Shown here: positions 9,555 through 17,333 of the stretch, piece by piece
How positions within the stretch are numbered: position 1 is the stretch's first letter
How the letters are laid out: every line of letters starts with the position of its first letter
From: an uncultured Gammaproteobacteria bacterium
Lineage (GTDB): Bacteria > Patescibacteriota > Microgenomatia > Daviesbacterales > UBA10151
Length of the DNA stretch: 64,000 nt
Assembly (NCBI GenBank): GCA_964415615.1
Contig: CAYQAW010000003.1
Coordinates: forward strand, 30,788-94,787
Direction of reading: 5' to 3'
The notes under the pieces: model-generated
What the model was told of the DNA's origin: nothing
The model's input: only the letters and a program-made list of their open reading frames with translations
The model's database searches: none
Position numbers and translations under genes: made by a program

Positions 9555-9937
9555 GAGCCTTCTTTTGTAATATTTATTTTTATTGTATGTTTAGGTAGTA
9601 TATTCTCAATTTTTTCTCCCCATTCAATTAAGACAATATTATTTTTATCTGAAAGTATCTCTTCAAGTCCTAAATGACTAAAATTTTCCGATCTGTATAA
9701 ATCAATATGACAAAAAACTTTTGATGTATCAGGAATTTTGTGCTGTCTGACTAATACAAAAGTAGGGGAAATAATTTTCTCTTTAATCCCTAATCCTTTG
9801 GCAAACCCCTGGGTAAAAATTGTTTTACCTGCTCCCAAGTTCCCAGTCAGCGCAAAGATATTACTTTGACTAACTTTAGCAAGTTTTGCGGCAATTGCTT
9901 TTGTTTCATCTTCTGAATGGGATATGTATTTTTGCAT
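9512..9937 (-). CDS. tsaE: tRNA threonylcarbamoyladenosine biosynthesis ATPase TsaE (YjeE).
   Basis: Walker A GNLGAGKTIF and TsaE family length (~140 aa). Confidence 0.75.
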   Translation of the reverse strand: MQKYISHSEDETKAIAAKLAKVSQSNIFALTGNLGAGKTIFTQGFAKGLGIKEKIISPTFVLVRQHKIPDTSKVFCHIDLYRSENFSHLGLEEILSDKNNIVLIEWGEKIENILPKHTIKINITKEGSYSRLISISKGPTI

Positions 9938-11093
9938 TTTTTATAAGATAAATATACCCTAATGCACCAATTCCAGCAAATATGAAAATTAGCCCTACCC
10001 AAACAAGTGGATTTATCTGTTTTTCGTTTTTTATTTCAATCTTGCCAGATAGTGTTGCAGATGCTATGGCTGCAGCAACTGAGGCAATGCGGTAAGGATA
10101 TTTAGATGTTTGTTTTGGTTTTGGTGTAGGAGTTTTAGTAACAGTTGGTATTGGAGAAGCTGAAGAATTGTTATTTGAAGTGGGTTGTGGAGTAGGCTGA
10201 TCGTTGGAACCATCACTGTTTACATCATTAATTTTTATTGTAACTTCATTGCTCCAGGTAAGATTTCCTCCGTCTTGATCATAGCTTCCAACCTTGAATA
10301 TATAATCCCCACTACCTGTGTATCCTGAATCATCAATATCTGGTTTAACTTCAAAATTAAAACTATTTGTACATAGATATTGGTTGGTGGAACTGCTGCC
10401 ATTTTTTATCCAATTTCCAGAGACTAAGGTAAGTCCAAAATAATTAGAGCTAGCTGCTTTTTTAAAAGCCCCTTTACAAAAGTAAGCTGTACTAGATGTT
10501 ATGTTAACTGAAACAATAAATGATTGGTCAGAATTTATTTGAGAAGGGATGTTTGTAATGGTAAAAGATGAAGAGGAAGCGGGTGCGAGGGATGGAGATT
10601 GTGTAATAGTGGGAATTGGTGTTGGAATAGCTATAGGTAAGGGGGTTGAGGTGTTATTTGATGTTCCTTTGGTAGGCGAGGAAATAATAATCCAATTTCC
10701 CGAAACATCTGGGTTTCTTCCAGCGGATTGTCCGTTGCCTGGTGTCGAAATACCTCCAAAGTTACCGTATTTTACTTGATCGATAGATGTATTAGGATAC
10801 AATTTTGAAGTAAGAGTTATGATGTCACCGTCTTTGTTGAGGAGATTGTACCAATCTATTGTACAAAAATGACCATTACAAATCGCACCAGATAAATCCT
10901 TTTTGTGATTATCAGCATCAATTAGTTGATACAATGAAATATCCATACCTTCATTATAAATTTCTACCCAATCAGAGTTGGAAGATGAACTGCCTCCCGC
11001 TGCATAAAATTCGTTAAGCTTAATGGTTGCTGCAAAAGCAGTTTTAGCATAAAAGATGAAAACAACAATAATAAAGATTATTATTTTATTCAC
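9906..11093 (-). CDS. Secreted, C-terminally membrane-anchored protein with a lamin-tail-domain (LTD)-like region and an S/T/P-rich linker.
   Basis: Signal peptide. NEFYAAGGSSSSNSDWVEIYNEG resembles the LTD signature. Long low-complexity T/P/S stretch. C-terminal TM LVWVGLIFIFAGIGALGYIYLI. Confidence 0.55.
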   Translation of the reverse strand: MNKIIIFIIVVFIFYAKTAFAATIKLNEFYAAGGSSSSNSDWVEIYNEGMDISLYQLIDADNHKKDLSGAICNGHFCTIDWYNLLNKDGDIITLTSKLYPNTSIDQVKYGNFGGISTPGNGQSAGRNPDVSGNWIIISSPTKGTSNNTSTPLPIAIPTPIPTITQSPSLAPASSSSFTITNIPSQINSDQSFIVSVNITSSTAYFCKGAFKKAASSNYFGLTLVSGNWIKNGSSSTNQYLCTNSFNFEVKPDIDDSGYTGSGDYIFKVGSYDQDGGNLTWSNEVTIKINDVNSDGSNDQPTPQPTSNNNSSASPIPTVTKTPTPKPKQTSKYPYRIASVAAAIASATLSGKIEIKNEKQINPLVWVGLIFIFAGIGALGYIYLIKNAKIHIPFRR

Positions 11094-11156
11094 TTAAACT
11101 TATAATAGTTCTTATACTTAAGATAAATCAACATATCTAATCTAAATATCTAATAT

Positions 11157-11189
11157 CCATTTTTTAGCTATTGCCAGATTATGGATAAT
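11157..11189. repeat. Direct repeat copy L (ATATCC-TTTTTTAGCTATTGCCAGATTATGGATAA) upstream of PaaX-like gene 1.
   Basis: Aligns with the copy at ~11804-11838 with about 28/30 identities in the core. Contains a TTGCCA -35-like hexamer. Confidence 0.7.
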
Positions 11190-11215
11190 GTGGTTTATTA
11201 TCTAGTGTATAGATT

Positions 11216-11797
11216 ATGTATAAAGAAGAATACCCGGATACAAAAGAGATTATTTATCTGTTAGGGATGGGTGTTATTTTAACAGCAACTATTTTTATGC
11301 CTGGCTTGGGATATGCAGCAAAAATGATTAATCAGGCAAAGAGCAATCATAAATGGAAGGAAACACAACGGGAGTGGAAGAAATTTAATCCTCATATTTT
11401 GAAAAGAAATTTAAAACGTTTAAAAGAACAGAAAGTTGTGGAGATTATTCAAAAGAACGGTGAAGATGTCATTAAACTGACCCAAAAAGGACATACAAAA
11501 TACATAAAGTTCAAATTAGAGAAGCTCTCCTTAAAGAGTAAAAGCTGGGATGGTAAGTGGCGGATTGTAATATATGATATTGCCAGAGTTAAAAAAAATC
11601 AGGTTAGTTCCTTCAGGAATATTCTGAAATATATAAATTTCTTCCAATTGCAAAAAAGCGTTTATTTGACTCCATATCCTTGTGATGAAGAGATTCTTTA
11701 CCTAAGGGAGTATTTTGGAATAGGCAATGAAGTTTTGTTAATAAGAGCTGATAAGATTGAAAATGAAGGATTTTACAAACAATATTTTGGATTATGA
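11216..11797 (+). CDS. Short PaaX-family-like transcriptional regulator (wHTH + WDGKW module).
   Basis: wHTH-like LKRLKEQKVVEIIQKNGEDVIKLTQKG followed by SWDGKWRIVIYDI...FQLQKSVYL. Compare E. coli PaaX region AWDGKWLLLLSEGLD...IWQGFGALAPSLMAS. Confidence 0.55.
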   Translation: MYKEEYPDTKEIIYLLGMGVILTATIFMPGLGYAAKMINQAKSNHKWKETQREWKKFNPHILKRNLKRLKEQKVVEIIQKNGEDVIKLTQKGHTKYIKFKLEKLSLKSKSWDGKWRIVIYDIARVKKNQVSSFRNILKYINFFQLQKSVYLTPYPCDEEILYLREYFGIGNEVLLIRADKIENEGFYKQYFGL

Positions 11798-11803
11798 TTA
11801 TAT

Positions 11804-11838
11804 CCCTTTTTTAGCTATTGCCAAGATTTGGATAAAAT
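11804..11838. repeat. Direct repeat copy R (ATATCC-TTTTTTAGCTATTGCCAAGATTTGGATAA) downstream of PaaX-like gene 1.
   Basis: Near-identical to the copy at 11157-11189. No downstream plus-strand gene for it to serve. Confidence 0.7.
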
Positions 11839-11871
11839 AATTTCACACTAATTTAAAGAATACAAAGAATA

Positions 11872-13047
11872 CTAGGGGATATGCCAGTACAGAGTTACAT
11901 AATCACTATTGTCATGATCTAACACTACACCTCTTCCTACAGTACCAGTTAAATAACAAGCGTTTGAATCTGAGAATTCATATGCAACTCCATCAGCTGC
12001 TGCCCTTATTGGAGCCCCAGCGTATTCTGCAATGTCTAGTCCGGAATGTCTTCCTAAAAAGTATATCTCACCAAACTTGGTACTAATTTGTCCTACTCTA
12101 CAAGATGAACCGCATTCACTGCCATCATAACTTGCCAAAGGTTTTTCAAATTGTCCAGAATCTATAAAAGGTTTTGGATCAATTTTATTGTCACGACCAA
12201 CAACAGTATTATTTTCTACTCTGGCATTATTCATTACCTCAAAGTGTAGATGTGGGCCTGTTGAACAGCCTGAATTTCCAACAACAGCAATAACTTCACC
12301 TCTTTTGACGGGTCCTTTTTTCACACCGGCACTACCAAGAGCACGCCTTATTGAGTCTGTATCTGCTTTGAGTTGAGCGATTAAGGATTGAAAACGGGCC
12401 TCGTCATTTTTAGTAATTTTTAACAGATCTTCTTTGTCTGTTTTTTGTTGAACAAGTTGCACTTTATAGCTTTCCAAGTCTTTATTTAATTTCTCTGCTT
12501 CTGTTTGTCTGGTTTGTTTGTCTTGTTTTTGGTCATTATAGGCAAGCTTTGTTGCTTGTAGTTCATATAATTTTTTTTTGTCATAGGCTTGGGCAGTTTG
12601 AATATATTTGAGTTTTTCTATCAGGTCTGCAAAGCCATGAGAGGTAAATAGCAAATCAATTGTAGAGATGGAGTTACTATATTTATAGGTTTGTACGATT
12701 CTTTTAAGAAGAATTTCTGATAAAGTATCAAGAGTTGTGCCAATTCTATTAATTCTTGTTGCAAGGTCGGAAATTTCTCTTTCCAGTTTTTCAATTTTTA
12801 GATTTGTTTCTTCAATCTTTAGTACGGTAATTTTAGTTTGACCATCAATAAGGTTCAGTTGAGATTTTAAAGTTCTCTCTTGGTTTCTTACATCAGCAAG
12901 TTGACCTTCTAATCTTTGAATCTCTGCCTGTTTGTCTTGAAGCTGCTTGCTTAGTTCGTCAGTGGAATCTGCGTATGCAGGATAGAGAAGAATAAAAGCT
13001 GTAAAACTAAATGCAAGAAGAAATAATAATAGTAACTTTTTCATCAC
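11872..13047 (-). CDS. EnvC-like protein: signal peptide + long coiled coil + M23 (LytM) metallopeptidase domain with circularly permuted motif order.
   Basis: Coiled-coil heptads in the N-terminal 220 aa. GNSGCSTGPHLHFE precedes RHSGLDIAEY...AAADGVAY...VVLDHDNSDYVTLYWHIP, the reverse of the canonical LytM order. Last gene of the ftsE-ftsX operon. Confidence 0.65.
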   Translation of the reverse strand: MMKKLLLLFLLAFSFTAFILLYPAYADSTDELSKQLQDKQAEIQRLEGQLADVRNQERTLKSQLNLIDGQTKITVLKIEETNLKIEKLEREISDLATRINRIGTTLDTLSEILLKRIVQTYKYSNSISTIDLLFTSHGFADLIEKLKYIQTAQAYDKKKLYELQATKLAYNDQKQDKQTRQTEAEKLNKDLESYKVQLVQQKTDKEDLLKITKNDEARFQSLIAQLKADTDSIRRALGSAGVKKGPVKRGEVIAVVGNSGCSTGPHLHFEVMNNARVENNTVVGRDNKIDPKPFIDSGQFEKPLASYDGSECGSSCRVGQISTKFGEIYFLGRHSGLDIAEYAGAPIRAAADGVAYEFSDSNACYLTGTVGRGVVLDHDNSDYVTLYWHIP

Positions 13048-13050
13048 GGT

Positions 13051-13926
13051 TCATTGTATTTTCAAGTAACGTCTGACTGCCGCAATTGATCCTAAGCCTC
13101 CTACAAAACAAGCTAAAGATAAACTTCCTCCAAGTAATGTAAGCATAAATAGAGGATTTACTGGTAGCAATTTAACCTCTCCCAAGTATCCCTGCAAAAA
13201 GGGAGCAAAATACCAAAGTACGGCGTAACTCATAACCCAAGCTAGCAGAGTTCCTGCTACACCATAAAATATTCCTTCTAAAATAAATGGACTTCTAATA
13301 AAAGAAGAAGATGCTCCCAAGAGTCTCATAATCTCTATCTCATTCCTTTTAAGACGTATTTTAAAACCAATAATCATCACTATTACAAGTGTTGCAAAAA
13401 TCATCAAAAATCCAACAGTTGCTCCTCCCACCACTCTGATAATTCCTGTTACTTGTGTTAAAGTTTGCACAACATCTTCAGGTACTATTACATCAGATAT
13501 AACAGGTTCTTTTTTTAGAATTTCTGCAATGCCCTGCAGATCTTGTGGGGTTTGGGTAGATATTTCCAAGCTGGCAGGCAGGATATTAGCAGTAACCAGT
13601 TCCAATAAGGCTGGATCGCTCTTATTTTTTTCTCTATAAATTTGCAGAGCATCATCTTTGGAAACAAATTTTGTGTTGGTAACTCTGGTTTCCTGTTGGA
13701 GAGCATTTTCTATAGCAGATACATCCTGGTCAGTGGTGCCTTCTTTGAAAAAGGCTATTACCTGAGGTTTGCTTTCAAAATAACGCAGGGCAGTTTGTGA
13801 TCCGGCAGCCAAAATAATAAATGTCATCAGAGCTAAAAATGTTAAAAACATCACCATTGAGGCAGCTAAGGCCTGAAATGGGGTGCGTCTGATATTTCTT
13901 TTTGCAAACGAGACCGCTCTACTCAT
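13051..13926 (-). CDS. ftsX: Cell division permease FtsX.
   Basis: FtsX topology: N-terminal TM, periplasmic domain, three C-terminal TMs. Directly downstream of ftsE with a 8-bp overlap. Confidence 0.8.
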   Translation of the reverse strand: MSRAVSFAKRNIRRTPFQALAASMVMFLTFLALMTFIILAAGSQTALRYFESKPQVIAFFKEGTTDQDVSAIENALQQETRVTNTKFVSKDDALQIYREKNKSDPALLELVTANILPASLEISTQTPQDLQGIAEILKKEPVISDVIVPEDVVQTLTQVTGIIRVVGGATVGFLMIFATLVIVMIIGFKIRLKRNEIEIMRLLGASSSFIRSPFILEGIFYGVAGTLLAWVMSYAVLWYFAPFLQGYLGEVKLLPVNPLFMLTLLGGSLSLACFVGGLGSIAAVRRYLKIQ

Positions 13927-14593
13927 ATTTTCCTTCCTTTGTATCTTTGGTAATCTTTCCGGATTTGATAATAACGACTCTTCTTTTTAAGGTATTGACG
14001 ATTTCTTGATTATGGGTGGCCATTAGAATTGTTGTGCCCCAGGAGTTGATTTCATTTAAAAGTTGGATTACTCCCCATGCAGTTTTAGGGTCCAGATCTC
14101 CGGTTGGCTCATCTGCCAAAACTACATCTGGTTTACCTACGATTGCTCTGGCTATGGCAGTTCTTTGAGCCTCTCCGCCAGAGAGTTGTCTGGGAAAAAG
14201 ATTCCGTTTATCCCAAATTTCTACCAGTTTTAAGGTGTGTTCAACACTTTTTAATATTTCTTCATCAGTTTTGTTTTGTACTTCTAAAGTTAAAGCAATA
14301 TTCTCAAAAACAGTTCTGTCATCCAGTAATTTAAAATCCTGAAAAACTACACCAACTTTTCTTCTGAAAAGTGGTATGTCAGCAGTTTTGATTTTGGTAA
14401 TATCAACTCCTCCTACCATAATTTTACCGCTGGTGGGTAAAATTTCCCTGGTCAGAATTCTAAGCAAAGTAGATTTACCAGCTCCGGATGGTCCTACAAT
14501 AAAAACAAACTCGCCTTGTTTGACTTCAAGATTAATATCATCTAAAGCAAAGGTGGAACCAAACTTCTTTGATACAGAGTTAAATATGATCAT
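13919..14593 (-). CDS. ftsE: Cell division ATP-binding protein FtsE.
   Basis: Walker A GPSGAGKST, ABC signature LSGGEAQR, Walker B VVLADEPTG. ~224 aa. Confidence 0.9.
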   Translation of the reverse strand: MIIFNSVSKKFGSTFALDDINLEVKQGEFVFIVGPSGAGKSTLLRILTREILPTSGKIMVGGVDITKIKTADIPLFRRKVGVVFQDFKLLDDRTVFENIALTLEVQNKTDEEILKSVEHTLKLVEIWDKRNLFPRQLSGGEAQRTAIARAIVGKPDVVLADEPTGDLDPKTAWGVIQLLNEINSWGTTILMATHNQEIVNTLKRRVVIIKSGKITKDTKEGKYE

Positions 14594-14616
14594 AGCAGGA
14601 TAAAAGGACTTAACGG

Positions 14617-15060
14617 TTATTCTGTTTCTACTTTACCAACATCCATGAGCCACCCTTCTTTTAAGGCTTTTTGGGTTTCACCAAAAACCTTAACTTTTTT
14701 GCCTTCATATTGAGATAAATCAACAACAGAGGAAGTTAAAGCCACAGGAACAGCACCGTCTCGAATAAGAACATGTGTACCTTCAGTATATTCTGAAGGA
14801 TCATCTGGTTGAGGTTTGGCTTTCATAGTGCCTTCGGCAAAATCTTTGAAGGTATGGATATCTTGTTGGGCGCTTTTCGCAGTTCCTACAGCAAGAGGTG
14901 AGAATTTTGCGCTATTACTTTTGGTTGAAAGGATATATCCTGTTAGGGTTCCTAGAACTAGGGCAGCTATAATTACTCCCAGCAAAAGGCGTTTAGGATT
15001 ATCAACACTCATTAATGGTTTGGTAATTTTTTCTTCCAGTTTTGCTTGTAGTGTTGCCAT
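14617..15060 (-). CDS. Hypothetical single-pass membrane protein.
   Basis: One TM (LLLGVIIAALVLGTLTGYIL) and a soluble C-terminus. First gene of the apparent ftsEX operon. No recognisable domain. Confidence 0.4.
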   Translation of the reverse strand: MATLQAKLEEKITKPLMSVDNPKRLLLGVIIAALVLGTLTGYILSTKSNSAKFSPLAVGTAKSAQQDIHTFKDFAEGTMKAKPQPDDPSEYTEGTHVLIRDGAVPVALTSSVVDLSQYEGKKVKVFGETQKALKEGWLMDVGKVETE

Positions 15061-15093
15061 ATTTATATATTAACCATAAGTTAGGGTATTTGT

Positions 15094-16173
15094 CTACCCT
15101 TCGTTTTTGATTGTCCGCAGTTCTGCTTCAATAAATTGGGTTATTTCTCCATCTAAAACAGCATCAGTATTGGAGGTTTCTACATTTGTTCTCAAATCCT
15201 TAACCATGTGATAAGGGTGCAAAACATAAGATCTAATTTGGGTTCCCCAGGAAGCTTGAGTATTGCTACTTTTAAATTCCTCTTGTTGTTGTTTACCCTG
15301 AGTTTGTCGAAGGGCCCAAAGTTTCGCCAAAAGCAGCTTCATAGCATTTTCCCTGTTTTGCAGTTGTGATCTTTCTGTTTGAGCAGTCACAGTAATACCA
15401 GTTGGAAGATGTTTTACCCTGACTGCTGTTGAGACTTTATTTACATTTTGTCCTCCTGCTCCTCCTGCTCTAAAAGCTTCAAATTCTATATCAGCTTCAT
15501 TGATTTCAACTTCTTCAGGGTTTATTACTGGTAAAACTTCAACTAAAGCAAAAGAGGTTTGTCTTAAATTGTCAGCATTAAAAGGGGATTGTCTGACTAA
15601 CCTATGAGTTCCAGCTTCACCTTTTAGATAACCAAAGCTAAAATCAGCATGTATTATCATAGAAACTGTTTTGATCCCTGCTTCTTCCCCTGGGTTTTCA
15701 TCAGTAACTTCATATTTCCAAGCCTGCCTGTCAAAATATCTTTGATACATTCTTACAAGCATTGCAGCCCAATCCATAGCTTCAACCCCTCCTGCTCCTG
15801 AGTGAACAGATAAAATAGCTTCTGACCCGTCATGAGGGTTTGATAAAAATAGTTTCAGCTCTAATTTATCTAATATTTCTGAAATTTCTTTTACTTCTTT
15901 TTTCAGGTCTTCCTGCATAGAAGGTTCCTCTGAAATTTCCAAAGCATTATTAATTCTGTTTTCTAACTCTTCCAAAGTTTTTAGTGTTTTCTGTTTTGCA
16001 CTAAGCTTCCGACTGATGACTGAAGACTCCTTGGGACTGCTCCAAAAACCCTCCTTCATAGTCTGGGCTTCCAGTTCCCGAATTTCTGTTTTCAGCTTAT
16101 CTTGATCAAGAGACTCAGAAATCTGAGTAAACATTTCTTTTAATTTTTTTAATTCATTCTGAATTTCTTCCAT
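15094..16173 (-). CDS. prfB: Peptide chain release factor 2.
   Basis: SPF motif ([16 protein letters not shown]) and GGQ motif ([11 protein letters not shown]). A single continuous frame with no programmed +1 frameshift site. Confidence 0.85.
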   Translation of the reverse strand: MEEIQNELKKLKEMFTQISESLDQDKLKTEIRELEAQTMKEGFWSSPKESSVISRKLSAKQKTLKTLEELENRINNALEISEEPSMQEDLKKEVKEISEILDKLELKLFLSNPHDGSEAILSVHSGAGGVEAMDWAAMLVRMYQRYFDRQAWKYEVTDENPGEEAGIKTVSMIIHADFSFGYLKGEAGTHRLVRQSPFNADNLRQTSFALVEVLPVINPEEVEINEADIEFEAFRAGGAGGQNVNKVSTAVRVKHLPTGITVTAQTERSQLQNRENAMKLLLAKLWALRQTQGKQQQEEFKSSNTQASWGTQIRSYVLHPYHMVKDLRTNVETSNTDAVLDGEITQFIEAELRTIKNEG

Positions 16174-16296
16174 GCAGAAATTATATCCTATTTGTCATTG
16201 TGAAGTCATGAAGTGGCTGTGGCAATTTATATTTCGAAAACACATTCCCACATTTCAAGTGGGAAGCTAATCTGAAATGGATAAAAATCCACCCCC

Positions 16297-16325
16297 TTGA
16301 CTTCGGGTTAAATTTGGAATAATCT
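16297..16325 (+). promoter_or_regulatory. Sigma-70-like promoter candidate for the dinD-like gene: TTGACT, 17 bp, TAATCT.
   Basis: TTGACT at 16297-16302 and TAATCT at 16320-16325. ATG at 16334. Confidence 0.35.
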
Positions 16326-16333
16326 GTTTACGT

Positions 16334-16975
16334 ATGCAAAATACTTTAGCATTTTTTGAAGGCAGAAAAATCCGGAGGCATTGGGACCAAAAACAAGAAA
16401 AGTGGTATTTTTCAGTAGTGGACGTAGTTTCAGTTTTAACAGAAAGTAGTGACTCGGGAGATTATTGGTATAAGATGAAAATTCGAGTAAAGAGTGATGA
16501 TGGGCTTGAGTTATCGACAATTTGTCGACAACTGAAATTAGAATCTTCAGACGGTAAAAAATATTCTACGGATTGTGCTGATACTGAAAGCCTTTTTCGC
16601 ATTGTCCAGTCAATCCCTTCTTCCAAAGCAGAGCCTCTGAAGCTCTGGTTGGCTAAGGTTGGATATGAAAGAATTCAGGAAACTGTGGATCCTGAAAAAT
16701 CTGTTAATAGAGGACGGATAAATTAGGAAAGAATGAGTAGAAGCAGAAAATGGATTCAACAAAGAATGATGGGGCAGGAAATCCGCAATAAACTGACTGA
16801 TTACTGGAAAAATCATGAAGTTAAAGAGCAAGATGAATTTGCAATTTTGACAAATATTATTCACCAGGAGTGGAGCGATTTAACAGTAAAAGAACACAAA
16901 AAAATAAAGAAATTAAAAACTGAAAATTTACGTGATCATATGACTGATGCAGAACTGGTTTTCACAGCAAAATAG
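16334..16975 (+). pseudogene. dinD: DinD/Bro-N-family gene (DNA-damage-inducible protein D-like, phage antirepressor-like) interrupted by one in-frame TAG at 16724-16726.
   Basis: The ORFs 16334-16726 and 16733-16975 are in the same frame, separated only by TAG. N-terminal Bro-N pattern FEGRKIRRHWDQKQEKWYFSVVDVVSVL. C-terminal EFAILTNIIHQ...LRDHMTDAEL resembles the E. coli DinD C-terminus (DFAIFQN...IHQ...LDHMGSTEL). Confidence 0.55.
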
Positions 16976-17041
16976 CACAAAAAGATTAAAATAACTGTTA
17001 CCGATCCGTAACGGTGACGATTGCGGTGATTATGATAAAAT

Positions 17042-17329
17042 TTGTATATGATTTTGCATATTGATACCAAGGATCAGAAAACAGTTATAGTCTCTCTGAA
17101 AGAAGAAGGGAAAGTGAAAAAAAGTTTAACTGAAGAAAATGAGTATGGTTCACAAGTACTCTTGCCTTTAGTTATGGAACTACTGCAACCCCTTGAAGGT
17201 ATAGAAGTTGAAACTGGTCCTGGATCCTTTACTGGAATCAGAGTTGGTGTTTCTGTGGCAAATGCTTTAGGTTTTTCCTTAGGGATTCCTGTTAATGGTA
17301 AAAAAATCGAGACAGAGTTGGTATACTAG
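17042..17329 (+). CDS. tsaB: Short TsaB (YeaZ)-like protein: N-terminal ASKHA subdomain only.
   Basis: ILHIDTKDQKTVIVSL... ETGPGSFTGIRVGVSVANALGFSLGIPV matches the TsaB/Kae1 N-terminal motif. Only 95 aa. Confidence 0.55.
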   Translation: MYMILHIDTKDQKTVIVSLKEEGKVKKSLTEENEYGSQVLLPLVMELLQPLEGIEVETGPGSFTGIRVGVSVANALGFSLGIPVNGKKIETELVY

Positions 17330-17333
17330 AAGA

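Noticed and set aside
10050-10700. Repetitive-looking DNA inside the LTD surface-protein gene, a possible tandem repeat or CRISPR-like array.
   Set aside because: The repetition is at the level of S/T/P/G-rich low-complexity coding sequence. There are no regular unit-length DNA repeats with unique spacers.
15094-16173. Looked for the programmed +1 frameshift typical of prfB, and for signs of UGA recoding as in some CPR lineages.
   Set aside because: RF2 is encoded in one continuous frame with intact SPF and GGQ motifs. Many genes here end in TGA, for example glnA. The code appears standard and no frameshift site is present.
17295-17333. An upstream extension of the CAP-domain ORF (start at 17295) overlapping tsaB.
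   Set aside because: The extension overlaps the tsaB C-terminus in another frame. An in-frame ATG at 17334, immediately after the tsaB stop, gives a protein beginning with a sensible cytoplasmic segment plus a TM.
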